In this document: positions 12,241 to 25,738 of the stretch, piece by piece | Numbering within the stretch: the first letter of the stretch is position 1 | Layout of the letters: each line of letters opens with the position of its first letter | Assembly: GCA_026770705.1 (NCBI GenBank) | Contig: JANJGN010000026.1 | Coordinates: forward strand, 33,480,001 to 33,544,000 | Source of the DNA: Isurus oxyrinchus | Lineage: Eukaryota | Reading direction: 5' to 3' | Length of the DNA: 64,000 nucleotides | The notes under the pieces: generated by a model | What the model saw: the letters and a program-made list of their open reading frames with translations, nothing else | What the model was told of the DNA's origin: nothing | Databases searched by the model: none | Made by a program: the position numbers and the translations under genes

Positions 12241-14071
12241 CAGCAGTGTTTATTACAGAGAACTGGGACATTAAGGCCGCAATGTCTCTCTATGACCTTA
12301 TAAATTGGCAGCAGGTCAGACACTGTCTTTCATCCATGTGGGACCGGTAAAATCCAGGCCAGGGAGAGGGTGATGGTCTCCAATCGGTGATCGGTTACAG
12401 GGTTAGGCTGTGGGTCAAACAAAGACCTTTCCCTCTTGATGAATTGGATTGGAAACCAGTGGGTAGTGAATGGATGGACATTTATTATTTGCAATGGGCA
12501 CGAAGCACATCAGTGGGTTAATGTTCCTATTTCTCCTGTGCTTAAATCGAGCACATAAAATGAGTAAAGTCCGCTTTGTGTTTTGGAAACGAAGGCCTTC
12601 CTATTTTGCGGGGTGTTTGAAGACTTTTTTGTGTTTGGGCCCAGATATGAACGACTTGTGTTGTTTGCATTGGCTGCACATTATGGACCAGAGCAACAGC
12701 TGGCTGCCCATTCGCCTAAAGACTTGTTGTTAAACCCGTCTCTGAGGGAAGTTTGGGGGAGAAACAGATTGAGGGTCAGGGAGAAAAATTGAGGGAGAGA
12801 TAGAGTTGAATCACGATTGAACATCCGCAGTTTATATTTGGCTTATGGTTTTCCTCGCAGCTTTCATGAAATGGCTATTTCAATGAGTGGTTACGAGTCA
12901 CCCATATTTCTATGGATAGGCAGAATGGGCAAAGACGCTGGATTGCTTTCTCCCAAAGACAGTATCGAACCAGCTGCGACTTTATGACCATTAAACAGTA
13001 TCATGTCACAACCAGTATTAGCTTTAATTCCAGATTTTGTTTTATTAGCAGAACTTAAATTCCTCAAATGGCGTGGTCTGACTGCAAATCATGTAGCCGG
13101 ATTATTAAACCAGTTATCTCAGACTGCCAGTCTGGTAACATAACCATTGAATTTGCGGTCCCGTACTTGCTGCAGTGCACAAACACGATGTGTGCTGATG
13201 TGTGGCAAATGGCCTTTTCTTGGCAGTTCATTGAATTCTCAAATTACTGAATGATGTTCTTGCTTGATTATGCCGCGTTCTTCTTGCTCTTATTACCCCT
13301 ATTATAATATTCTTTAATGCAGGTGAACCTATGCATGAAACCAGTACCAACTCCAGTTCGAATTCTAGTGATTGTCTTTGTTTATTTTCAATATGCCAGA
13401 CATACCTGTTAATTGATGCCCGTATTAAACATAATGAAATGACAGAGATCCCGGTAAGATTCCGTCTTTTAAATGTCCACGCAAAGAAATAATGTCAGTT
13501 TGACTCCTGATTCACACCTAACTTATATAGTGTGGGATTTAAGCGTAGCTGTTTCCATATTAAGCATGTTTCTGATCAGTGGTTTTTATATATTGTCTGT
13601 TATAGCTTCTGCTAACACTTGAGCGTGTTGTTTGGGGAACTATTTGAATGGTCGGTTGGGAGTTATTTGACTTTCTACGTTCTGCACTTCCAGGAACACG
13701 ACAGAAGGAGACAGAGAGATAACAACTGAAAGAGGGGAAAGGGCGCAGAGAGGCAGGAGAGAAAGAGGCTCAGAGAGACGGAACGACTGAGAAAGAGAGA
13801 GATAAAGAGAGAGAAAACCAGACATAGGTACGAAGACAGAGCCAGAGACGCAGAAAAACATAGGGACACAGGAAGACAGCCAGATCAAGTTGTAATCGAC
13901 AATTAACATCAATTGGTGCACAACCGTCATCAGTACTGAGAAACCAGCTAATCCTGTCCCTGTCAATCGCCCCCGAGTTTCCAAATACGGGGTAAGTGAA
14001 GCCTCCTCATGATATGGGTTTACTCTTTCATGTCACACTAGAAGTCAGTCTGTTAGTCTAAACCAGGCACC

Positions 14072-14450
14072 ATGTGACCCCTATATTATTAATATTGGTC
14101 TTGCTGCCTGGTGAGTTTGTTTTTAATGATCAATGTCTCTTCCATGGATTATATTCACCGTCAGATATTTGGTAAATTCTGTAATGTGTTACAGGAACTG
14201 ATGGTGAAGATGAATTGTCTCAGGGCGCCTCTGAATTAACAGCTCTGGAAGGGTGGACCATAATACTGAACAGCAATTAATCGGCAATTGCTGCTCGAAC
14301 TCTCTTCTGGTGCATCAAGTATCCCGGGAAGCTCCGGGAGAGTTATTGAAAGTACACAGCGCGGGAGATACGTCTCAGGATTTTTCAGACAGGTTCTCAT
14401 AGAATCGTGGAAAGATAGCGGAGCTGAAAGAGATTACTTGATCTATCGTT
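14072..14450 (+). pseudogene. TRAV/DV: TCR V pseudogene, 3' truncated
   Basis: Leader with stops ending CCTG|GTGAGT. Exon TDGEDELSQGASELTALEGWTIILNSN*SAIAARTLFWCIKYPG..DFSDRFS. No YYC and no RSS. Confidence 0.7.
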
Positions 14451-14740
14451 GTCAGCGCCGGCCGAAAAACGAGTCACCCAGTCCAATCCCACTTTCCACT
14501 TCAAACTCCTGCCACTTTAAACTTATCTCTGAGTTACCAGTTGAAATCACCAAAATATAAAAATGTAATTGCACAAGTGAGACTTGCCTGTTCTCGTTGA
14601 ATGTTGTTTTGTTACTATTTGGGGGTGGGGAGAGTTGTGGGGAGCACCCCAGATATTCCCACTGTGGAGGCTGTTTGGGAGCTTTGTTTTGTGGGTGTGA
14701 CAGCGCTCTCTGGCGAGCACCAACTGCAAACCCCAGTGTT

Positions 14741-15237
14741 GGTTTTTGTACGGAGTCCGCTTTTATCCACAGCAGTGTGGGTCTCATGGCACAGAAATAC
14801 ACGGCGGTGTCAGAGATCACGACCTTACTGATCGTTAGCTCGGTGATCTTGGCTGTTTTATCAAATGCAGGATTGAAGCGGGAAGACAAGTCCGGGTTGC
14901 GGTTTATTATCCCTCCAGTAATATAAAACATGTACTGTGGAGGCTCCCCGGGGTGCGGACTGTACTAGAGCACAGTAGGATTACCAACGTTTGTTTTTAA
15001 GGTGCAGTTTAGGGTGACATTGCTTTCCTCTTCAGCAATCTTTTCACTGTTCCACTTTGTCTTGGCGGCTCATTCAAACATAAAATAATAATAAGAGACA
15101 TCGTTATTGTTAACATCATCATCAATTCACAACCAGTGGCATCTGGGTGAGGGTGTTTCTGGGAATAATGAATTTTTCGTGGGCGTGAACACTTACTGAG
15201 AAGGGGTAATGAGGAGCAGTGTAAGACGGTTCTGCAT
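14741..15237 (-). pseudogene. TRAV/DV: TCR V pseudogene with intact 23-RSS
   Basis: QDKVEQ, frameshift, then EESNVTLNCTL..VL*YS..PPQYMF..RFNPAFDKTAKITELTISKVVISDTAVYFCAMRP (W41 codon is TAG). RSS CACACTG 14779-14773, 23 bp, ACAAAAACC 14749-14741. Confidence 0.88.
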
Positions 15238-16053
15238 GATGTTCGCTGTGTCTGTAACTGTGAAGTCAAGGGAAACCCTCTGTCGGAGCAGGAGTACAGA
15301 ATCCCACCCCGAGCCCCCACTGAATTGCTCATCCAATCAATTCCAAGCAGAGAACAAAGGCAGCAAATTCTCCAATAATAAACGGCAAGGAAGGGGGTGA
15401 TACTAACAACAGCAAACCGATGCTGTGGGCGGGGTTATAGCAGGTAGTGATATCACACAGTCGGATTCATCTGCAAAGAAGTGAACTCAGGAGTAATGTC
15501 TCCTTCGAAAAGAATGTAACTCTGACTCTCTAAGAGGGTTTTGGTCATTCCATATTCATTCCATACTGGATACGAGTAAGTTCGGGACAGGAGTATCAGG
15601 ATTGTTATATTATTCAATAATACGCAATAGTTTAATGAGTAACCTCTCTTGAATCCAGGGCTAAATCTACAGGCATCGGGATTGGAGTGATTCTGAATTA
15701 CTGGACAGAGAAGTAGCAAAGGACCATCTACTTAAATTAAAGACTAAAAGAAGAAAATGTGCACAATTCTGTTTACCGAATGGAGACGGGTTGATAGGAA
15801 ACACGACAGCAGGGAAATGCGTCGATAAAGAAAAGTGGAACTGAAACATTACATTGCCATTTGTAAAGCTCGCTTTAATTATACATTCAAATTTCAACGG
15901 CAAACTAATCCAAACAGCTGTTCTTGATGAATGTTAATTGTTTAATGATCTTTTAACAAGGTCCACCTGATCTCACAGTGGGATTTGAACCATTCCTTCT
16001 GTTTTGACGGTGTGAGTGCGCCCTCTGCTCAGCGCTAACTGGAAAACTCTCTG

Positions 16054-16564
16054 AGTTTTTGTCTGGGACCCGCTATCTCTCTGCAGCAGTGTTGGGCTCA
16101 TGGCACATCAATACAAGGTGGAGTTGGAAATCAGCATGTTGCCGATCGGGCAGTTTTATTAAGCGTAGAAGAAAACCGATCAATGATATCGATGCTCCTG
16201 TACACATTCTCTCCAATATGATGAAACACGTACTCTGGAGGCTGCCTGGGATGCTCACTTTGCCAGTACACATAAAAGCAGCGATTGCTTGTTTCAAAGT
16301 GCAAGTCTGTGCGAAACTAATTTTCTCTTCATCCATTATTTCATGAGCCGGCTGTTCCATTTTGTCCTGGTGGTCCCATTCTAACATTAAAGAAAAGTAA
16401 AAACAATACTCAGTCAACATAATCCTCATGATCGCCATCACCATTATTTGAACAACAATGACACCTGGGTCACAGCAATCAGGAAGACAATGGATTTTAC
16501 CGGGAAGGAGGTGCTTACAGAGAAATGATATAACAATGAGGAGCGGAGTGAAATTGTCCCCCAT
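16054..16564 (-). pseudogene. TRAV/DV: TCR V pseudogene, tandem paralog of 14741-15237
   Basis: Leader MGDNFTPLLIVISFL then GTAAG. Exon HQDKMEQPAHEI..QTCTLK with frameshifts. Decayed RSS AACACTG..ACAAAAACT. Confidence 0.75.
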
Positions 16565-18089
16565 AATACGTCCTCAGTCTGCAACCTACGTGCAAAAAAT
16601 CCTCTGTCAAAGCAGAAAGATAGATCCCCGTCCCACTGCACTGCTGACCCGAACAATGAGAAGATTGAATCAGCGTCAGCAAACTCTCCAATTACACAAT
16701 CGGGTCAGAGTGGGAGCAGCAAACAGAAGCTGTGGGCAGGGATACCGCAGACTCGATATTACGTGAAGTGCATGATGACTCTCAGCTGCACTTTGAACTG
16801 AGGGAAGGAAATAGCGACGGGTGAAATTTCACAACTTTGTGACAATCCTGCACCTGCTCACTGTTCCAGTGACAGAGAGCAAATAGAGCAGAAGAGGCAT
16901 GAAGAAACCTGAATCATAGAATTTTAAACTACTGAATAGACTATTTGACATACCATCCCTGTGTCTGTTTGGAAGAGTTATCAAAGCGTCTTTCAACTCT
17001 TGCAATTTTTGCACGAGGGGCAAGTTTTCCCATTTTCAACGTACAAAACATTTCCTTCTGAAGGTTACGATTGAATATTCTTCTTCCATCCTTTGGGTCG
17101 TGCTTTTAAGATTTTGACACGGTGTAATAAGTGAATTTCACCTTTTTGTCATCTTTTTTCTTTGAAAATGGGACTCAATGGTTATCGAATTTTCTGCTAC
17201 TAGGCACAATAATGCGTGATGTATTACATCAGATCTTTTATCATTTTGAGAACTTCAATTAATTATCTCGCTTAAATAGTTGAGAAAGGAATAACGGCAG
17301 TTTCCCTCGTCTGTTTACACTTAAGTGCGCCACCCTTGGTACCTGCCTGGTGTATTACTTCTAATGTCTAATATCTATTATCTTGTCACTTTGTATGAAT
17401 ATTGGTCCCCTGATTTTTAAACAGTATTACAGAAAGAATTGCATTACTCTCTGGCATAAACATAAAAAAAGCCTAGGTCTGATCAGCTCCAATTAAAATT
17501 TCTGGGAAACAATGTCTGACATGCCTGTTTTAATATGTACACCAATGAACCCTCCATCCACTCAGAGCCCCATTCTAAAGTGAAACTAACAGAGCCCGCT
17601 GAAGAGAGCACTAAGTTCATTCATGTTGATTAGAAAGTCACGTGTGACCAACACCGGGGCCTATAAGGATGGTAGCCTGAGTGTGGTCACAATGGGCCTG
17701 GCCCCCTGCAGTGTGAGGTTGGAACAATAGCTGAACAGAGCCTGGGTTCCCTCTCTTCTTTTCACTTTCTAGCCCATTGCATTCACATTCATTGAGAGAG
17801 ATTCAGTGAGACATGTTTCTGATAATACTAGCCACGCTGTTGGACAGCAACTACTGGATTACGTTCATCAAGACTGGTTAGCAGGTTTGCACAAGGATTT
17901 AATGCGGCTAGCGATCGGGTACATGCATATTATACACAGCTTGGTAGGTGGGGATTTGTACATACATACAGATAGACACAAGTTTAGATTTAAGCTCGCG
18001 CTCTTTTGTTTCTCTACCTCCATCATTGGACTTTTTGCAGATCCAGTAACTCACTCTCTGCTGACAACAACTGTATTAGATGGGATAAA

Positions 18090-18775
18090 AGCAAAAAACT
18101 GCGGATGCTGGAAATCCAAAACAAAAATAAAAATACAAATACCTGGAAAAACTCAGCAGGACTGAAAGCATCTGCAGAGAGGAACACAGTTAACTTTTCG
18201 AGTCCTTATGACTCTTCAACAGAACTAAGGAAAAATAGAAGAGATGTGAAATATAAGCTGGTTTAAGGCGGGGGGTGGGCGGGTAGGTGGGACAAGTAGA
18301 GCTGGATAGAAGGCCAGTGATAGATGTCACAGACAAAAGGACAAAGAGATGTTGACGGTGGTGGTATTATCTAAGAAATGTGCTAATAGGTGACATTAAA
18401 GGTAGAAAACAGGACGAGCAAGATACAGATAGCCCTAGTGGGGGTGGAGCGTGGAGAAGGGATCGAAATAGACTACAAGGTAGAGATAAAACAAGGGATG
18501 GAAATACATTTAAAAACAATGGAAATAGGTGGGAAAAGAAAATCCTATATAAATTATTGGAAAAAATGGGGATTGGCAAGGGGGTGGGGATGGAGGAAAG
18601 AGTTCATGATCTAAACTTGTTGAACTCAATATTCAGTCCAGAAGGCTGTAAAGTGCCTTTTCGGAAGATGAGGTGCTGTTCCTCCAGTTTGCGTTGAGCT
18701 TCACTGGAACATTGCAGCAGGCCAAGAATGGACAAGTGGGCATGACAGCAGGGTGGTGTGTTGAAATGTATATCC
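18090..18775 (-). mobile_element. Penelope-like element 3' fragment (GIY-YIG C-terminus plus tail)
   Basis: Minus ORF ..LGLLQCSSEAQRKLEEQHLIFRKGTLQPSGLNIEFN.. resembles the C-terminus of a PLE GIY-YIG endonuclease. The tail (GATGCTGGAAATC..AAAACTCAGCAGG..GCATC..CAGAACT) recurs at about 2545, 4375, 31190, 37680 and 61910. Confidence 0.7.
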
Positions 18776-18892
18776 ACCCTGCTCTCATTCACTTATTAGG
18801 GGACTGAGGACCCTTTTCCATGGAGATTGTTATCAAACTCCTAGTGCTTTCATGAGGGCAGAGGCTACAAATTGTCACCCTCTCCCTCAGAA

Positions 18893-19190
18893 GGCTTTTC
18901 TATGATCCTTATTGCGAGGTAACACCTTGTGTCTCAAACGAACAGAAAAAGCGGGCACCGAAGTGTCGCTAACATTCAGAGCACTTCACTACGCTAAATT
19001 GGGCCAAGCCTTGATCCTTTTCCGATCGCTGGTACTTCTCGCCAGGTGCTGCACTGTTCAGTCCGGATATCGTCTGTACCATTGTTGGATCCACCCTGCT
19101 ACAGTGATAAAACAGGTCAATGATACAATGTCCCCTTCTGCAACAACCGTTGACTGTCATGTTCCATCACTGCCAGTTGAATTAGATATA
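18893..19190 (-). pseudogene. TRAV/DV: Degenerate TCR V relic
   Basis: TVVAEGDIVSLTCFITVAGWIQQWYRRYPD*TVQHL...FFCSFE, followed by CACAAGG-23-AGAAAAGCC (18931-18893). Confidence 0.65.
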
Positions 19191-22100
19191 ACGTCGCATA
19201 ATTAGTAAAATGTAACGCAATTCCTTATAACATACAACAATAAAATATAAAATAACAAAATACAAGTTGATAGAATACAGGAAAATGCAATCCAATAGAA
19301 TATAGCATTATTATATTTATATATATATATATACATATATATACGTAAATATATTTAGAACCCCGGCAAATCGCGAAATTTGAATTCAATACAAATCTGG
19401 AAAAATGACGATGAAATCACTGTCGGTTGTCGTAAAAACCCATCTCGTTCATTTATGCTCTATAGGGCAGGAAATCTACCGTCCTTACTTGGCCTGGCCA
19501 ACATGTGACTCCAGACCCACAGCAACGTAGTTGACTCTTAAATGCCCTCTGAACAAGGTCAACAAGGGAGGGCTGGGTAATAAATGGTGGCCCAACCAGC
19601 GACGCTCACACCCTATAAACGAATAATATATATTATACTGTATATATTGCACTATGTACGATGTTATACTCATATTGTATCTAATGATGTGTGCCGCAAT
19701 CACGTGGAGGATAGAGAGCAAAATCTGGAAAGGCCATCAATTAAGCTTAGCTTCATGTCGTGTCCTATCAACTTCGGTAAATTAATTGTCGGGAGATCCA
19801 GGTCAGGGTAGCTGCTTCTGAAGTCAGTGCTGTTGCGCATGAATCTTAACGAACACCAGAAAACTGTACCCGCTAGAAACAGGCTTCTGGGACTTCACCT
19901 CACAGAGTGATGTATGAGGGAGGTTCCCGTTCATCATTGGTGGAAAGTGGGAGGAGCGTCCCGTTCGTTGTACTGAATCAGACGAATAATGGAAACAGAG
20001 AGAATACAAATCGTGAGCAATGATCTCTGTGATCCTTCCAAAGTTGATAATTTAAACCAGGCCACCAGGTGACGCTGCCGGGTCGCTGTGTCTACCACAG
20101 GTCATATTGTCCCAAAGAATGCTGCTGACTGGAATTTCACAAAAAATTCACAAAAAAATTATTTTCAGCCCTTCGATTTGAATTCATAATATTCTATCTT
20201 TGCTAATGCTAAAATTTCATACCTTACTTGATTACAAATAAGCTAGTTACCTCAAGTTGACAGTTTGGAATTAAGTACATTGCCATTACATTGGATTGCA
20301 ATTCCGATTGGGTTGGGATTTTTCTGTCATCCAAAATCTGCTTTCACCCGCACACTTCAACCGGAGCTCAATGGTGAAGGTATTTGCAGCTAAATGATAG
20401 CATTGGAATTCGTTTCGCGAACCTGGGACTAACATGGTTCTCATAGAGAGGTGGAGTTATATCATTTCCAATGGCCATATTATTATTGCAGCAACTTCCT
20501 CACACCTGTTTTGACCATGGGCTGCACAGGTAAATGCTGCAATTAAACAGGGACGACAGATATGGTACCCTTTGACCCTGCCAATGTCAAGGTATCATGA
20601 AAAGGTATCCCTTACTGCCAGTATCCAAGACATTCTCGACTGCATTCCCTGCAAAGAGGACCCCACTCGACTCTCGGATCTCTTTTACATTCATCTGCAG
20701 TTATTATAGCAACACCAGCAGGTCTGCATGTTTTCCATTCTACCTTCTTACTGTTCAATCATTATGGCAATTTTACATTTTGTCACAGCCGTGTCAATTG
20801 TTTGTATTTCCTAACCCCACCCCCCCCCCTCCCCCACCCCACCAACCTCCCCCATCCCGATCCCCCTCGGCTGGGTGGATCTGTTCACCTGCAGCAATAA
20901 TGCTGGCGTCTCCCTTGAATTCGATAGTCCTGAGTGCCTTAAAAGATGAACTTTCTGACTCACTACTCAGTCCAGTCACCTTCCTCTAAAAAGGTAGGTC
21001 TGGATCCACTTTGTCTGTGCAGATTTCAACACAGAGGCGCAGTGGGTGAAGGCTGATTTCGGGCAGATCGCCAGGACCTGACTACCCCACCAAACTAAAT
21101 TGTCATCAATTGCTTTTGACTTTGCAAACTGCAACCAGCCCGAATATCGGACGTGTCAGTGAGAAACACGTCAGCCACTCGGTTCATTGCCAGAGAACAA
21201 ATAGGTAGGAGGCTGCCGCATTAGCCGATCTCTGCAAAATTAAAACATCATAAAGTGAATCGATCAACGATAATGAAAAAGATTTTCCAGATAACTGATC
21301 TTGCTGGAATTTCGGAAATGATTTGCAGGGCTATGGGGGAAAGGCAGTGATTCTGGCTTAGCTGCTCTCACAGATGGTCAGCACGGATAAGATGGGACGA
21401 AAGGTCTTCCTCGCCATCATTTTATGATTCTAACCACTATCTTGAAATATGACGTATCCAATTGGGGCATTCAGCTTTTTATCTTCATGTGACTATTCTG
21501 ATTTAAGTAGACCGGGTTGGCAAATGAAGCCATTGAAAGTTTTGCATGTTTATCTTGCATTAAGACAGATCCATGGTGGGGGCCGGATACCCCGAGTTGA
21601 ATTCTCAATGTATTTTCAAAGTACATCAATCACATTCAGCAATCTATCTCTGTTTGTACTTCAACAGCAGCTCTTCCTTAATGATCCTCAGAAAGTCATA
21701 TCGACGGATTAAAATCTGATGCTATTCACTGGGCAAGGCAAGTGGGTGAAAGGTGTGGAAGATGGGCAAAAGGATGTTAAAATATGAAGGAAAGATACAC
21801 CTGAGTTGGGATTTATGAAGAGGAGGAAATGGATATTTAAAAAAAGGATGAATACAAGCTGAGATGATATTTCTGAAGACAGAGAAAGGGATAATAAAAT
21901 ATGAAGGAAAGATGTGATGAGATGTGATTTCTGAAGCCATTCACTGTACCGAGGGTGGGGATCGATGATAAAGGAGCGAAGAACAATTCAATTCAAACCC
22001 CTTTTATTTTGCTTCTTTCTGCACCACATCTTTTTCTAACCTTATTGAGAATTGTAAGGACAGTTTTTCATGCACTGTGTGTGTTAAGTTCTTGTTAATG

Positions 22101-22359
22101 AGTATTCCCCCTGCACCTCACCCTGGGAGCTTTGACCCGCCCGGAGCTTTCTGTCCTCTGTAACTGGTTGCACAGAGTCGATGTGACACAATCTCTTTTC
22201 TCTCTATTTGCAAACCCGAACTCTGAAAGTTATGGCTCTTTAAATATATCCTTACTTGCACAAAGATGGGCAGAATCCACCACTGAGTTTTAAACAAAAT
22301 TTTAAACAAACTACAGCAGGGGTCAGTGCTCAAAATGTTTTTAAATTAGAGGTAGAGCT

Positions 22360-22700
22360 GTTTTTTTATTCAGTCATGGGATGCCGGCTTCGATGGCTGG
22401 GTCAGCGTTTATTATCCACCCCTGGTTGCCCTTGAGAAGGTAGTGGTGAGTTGCCTTCTTGAACTGCTGCAGTCCACGTGGTGTAGGCACATCCACAATG
22501 CTGTTAGGAAGGGAGTTCCAGAATTTTGACCTAATGACAGGTGAAGGAACAACGATATATTTCCAATTCTAGTTGGTGAGTTACTGGGAGGGGAACTTAA
22601 AGGTGGCTGTGTTCCCATGTATTTGATGCCCTTGTCCTTCTAGATGGTAGTGGTCGTGGGTTTGGAAGTTGCTGTCGAAGGAGCCTTGGTGAATTCCTCT
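22360..22700 (-). mobile_element. CR1-type LINE 3' fragment
   Basis: Same tail as 1480-1725 in reverse orientation. Confidence 0.6.
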
Positions 22701-22924
22701 AGATTTGTTTCTCTAGGTGTGTTCAAATACTTGTTCAGTAACAATGAATATCACCGTTATAATATCATGGACTTCAAAATCACTGAGGCAAAATGCAGAA
22801 TCGTCCTTAGCTCAATAGTTAACTGATGCTTGAGGGAAATCTCAGTGGAGTCACTGTTCCGACTGTCATGTCAGGTCAGTTTTGTGTTTCCCGGTTACAA
22901 TAATAAGCCATGGTTCGCCAGTGT

Positions 22925-23370
22925 CTAAAGCTGAACCTACCCCCCTATAAGGACGCTAAATATCGCCCAGCTCTGGGTGTTTAACTTCACTGGAAGGCAG
23001 AACGCCACCCTTGGTCTCTAAAGCTGAGCCATTCCCCCTATAAACACACTGACCGTGGTCCAGCTCAGGGTGTTTACATTCACTGACAGCCAGAGCATCG
23101 CCCTCCGTATCTAAAGCTGAACCATTCCCCCTATAGGGACCCTGACCGTATTCATGCTATGGGTGTTTAAATTCTCTGACAGCCAGACCACCACCCTCGG
23201 TCCCTAAATCTGAGCCATTCTCCCTATAAGGACACTAAATATCGCCCAGCTCTCGGTGTTTAAATTCACTGACAGCCAGAACACTACCCTCGGTCCCTAA
23301 AGCTGAGCCATTCCCCCCATAAAGACACTTACCATAGACCAGGTCGGTGTCTTTACATTCAGTGAGGACC
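22925..23370. repeat. 93-bp tandem repeat, about 4.8 copies
   Basis: Unit starts CTAAAGCTGA/CTAAATCTGA at 22925, 23018, 23111, 23204 and 23297 (exact 93-bp period). Confidence 0.9.
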
Positions 23371-23521
23371 AACTCGCCACCTACCACTCTCACAGAACGA
23401 CTGTGGACCGAAGGAAGTGAGATGAGAACATCCTGAGACACGAAAGCAGTTTATTGAGGTTTGGGTTTAAAACGGCTGTCGTCAAATATGCAACTCCCCT
23501 TTCACAGAACGGACAGTGACA

Positions 23522-24015
23522 ATGCGGCTGCTCAGCACCTGGGTTGTGTGGGGAGCATTTCTGACAGGTATTTGTGGATGACACGTATTTCATCTTTATT
23601 TTTCTCATTTCCCACACACCTTTTAAATGGCGTGATTTTTTTTTTCTGTTTCAGTATGTTGTTCAGATCTAATTCATGGAAATTCTTTAAGAGCCGCTGT
23701 CCTCAGGTGCCAGGGCAGAAGGAGAAGCGGTCACTTTAACCTGCAGCTATCATCCGACACAAAGCAGCTATTCACTATACTGGTACAGGCAACATCTAGG
23801 CTCCCAGCTCCAGTTTTTATTGCTGAAATCTACGAGCTATGAATCTATGAAGAAGAAACAGATTTTGCTCAAATCCGTTTCTCAGTCGAGCTCCAGACCT
23901 CCACGAAATTCATTAGTTTAAATATCTCTGGTCTGCAGCTGACTGACGCTGCCGTGTATTGCTGCTCTCTCAGACTCAGCGATAAAACACAGTCTCACAC
24001 CTGTGTACAAACTGT
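23522..24015 (+). pseudogene. TRAV/DV: TCR V pseudogene
   Basis: Intact leader MRLLSTWVVWGAFLT|GT (23522-23567). Exon ..AEGEAVTLTCSYHPTQSSYSLYWYRQHLGSQLQFLL..DFAQIRFSVELQ..LQLTDAAVYCCSLR has two frameshifts, and the RSS is damaged. Confidence 0.85.
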
Positions 24016-24199
24016 CTTTGGACTGTGACTCGGAGCTCCTGTCTATTTGGATTTATGTGTAGAATCTCGGGCAGAAGCAACCACCATGTTCAGCGGTGCT
24101 GTCAGCCGCTCAAACGCACATCGAAAGGAAACCACATTCACCTCGGATCAAACTGTCGCCCAACGGTTTCCAGCAGCGACTGAGAGAACAAACTGCAGA

Positions 24200-24976
24200 T
24201 TGAGGATTCCCGCTGAGTAACAGAATCTCCATCACTCAGATCTTGAACACACGGATAAAGAAATCAGAAATTAGCGATTAAAAGTTCAACTGAAATGAAC
24301 TAACTGAAATTTCGCAAATAATGCTACATAAAATGTTATACAAACTACAACGCCGAAAACTGCACCTTACTCAATATTTCGGTGTTTACACTTCCAACGA
24401 CCCTATCCCTCTTTATCTCACTCTCTCAGCATCTCCTTCTATTCCATTCACCCTCCTTGTCTCTTAAATGTATCAGTTCGCCTCAGCCCCTGCTGGTGAT
24501 AGTGATTTGCATATTCCATCCCATCTCTGGATAAATAAATTTCTCCTGAGTTCCATGTCGGATCTTTTGGTCACTCATAAATATATACCACAGTTTTGAA
24601 TTAAGTACAAGTGGAAACATCTCTACCCCTTCAAACTCCAACATCATTAAAAGAACTCTGTTTCGTTACCCCTCTGTATTCTCTTTACTATAGGAAAGAA
24701 GGACAGTCTGTGCAGTTTTTTCTTTACTTCTCAAATCTGGCATCATCACTGTAATGCCTTGTTGCATTGTGTCTATGCCGCTTTATATTCCTATTATAAG
24801 CAAGAGGCCAGAATTGCTCACAATAGCTCAAGTGTGTTCTAACCAGGATCTGCATTTTTAACATGAACTCCCTTATTTTTAAATTCATTCCTCCGAACAT
24901 TAAGCCCTTTTAAAAGTGTTCAACTTCTTACAGATAGTGAATGAAACCCAGGTGCCAGCGAGACGGAGTCCCGCAT
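24200..24976 (-). pseudogene. TRAV/DV: Truncated TCR V (leader, intron and start of FR1), paralog of 11048-12083
   Basis: Promoter, frameshifted leader and intron align with the 12083 gene. The exon reads DLSDGDSVTQRES and then similarity ends. Confidence 0.75.
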
Positions 24977-25738
24977 TGCTGCTGCTCCCGGAATTCAAGG
25001 GACTTTTTGTGTCTCAGAATCCTGCAGAGTATCGAACAAGAATAATCTGACAGCATTGCCTGAGGCTGGTCCGATGTCATTTTCTGCAGAACATACGATG
25101 AGAGAAGATGAGATCACTGGATCTGATTGGCCTGATGTAATTTCCGTAACCACATTGGGAAAGTTCTTATTACAGAGAACTGAGGCATTAACATCGCATT
25201 CGGCTGATCAGAGAGAAAGATGGGTAAGTATACACAGCTTGATCCCTAATTGACCTGAGAGACAGTGTGAACTTCAATGAACCGGCATGAATGTCTTCCC
25301 AAAGAAAGAAATAGAGGGTGTGAACGTAGATGGAGATTTTCAGTTATTTCACTCATTATCACAAATTAGACTGAGCTTGTTGACTGTGATGAAGTCGGAT
25401 TTGATCAACATTCTACTGCGTTCACACAACGAGTAGATCTTAACTTGTAATTCTGTGTTAGTGGCACACGGAAGAGAGCGTCAAAATTCCCGAACAATGA
25501 ATAGGAGAAACTGCCTATGTATCAGACATTAACAGGCCGGGTTATCAAAAAGACCTGAGCAGGGTTTCTCCTGCTGAATTAATAGAGTGAATAAATGTTT
25601 ATCTGACTCACCTACCCAGAGTTGATGGGAGTTGTCTTGTGGCCACATTGTCTGTTGGATTTACTTGGAGAAGAACTTGCATTCCCTGTATATCGCCACA
25701 CAGTGCGCTACGCAATTCACTTTGTCACATTGCGGCAG

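Noticed and set aside
16855-16905. Leader-like MPLLLYLLSVTGT|GTGAG on the minus strand
   Set aside because: Phase 0 rather than phase 1, and no associated V exon. The downstream V at 16564 has its own leader.
20610-22230. Exon-like AG..GT segments on the minus strand (about 22225-22113, 20985-20889)
   Set aside because: No recognisable protein and no consistent gene model.
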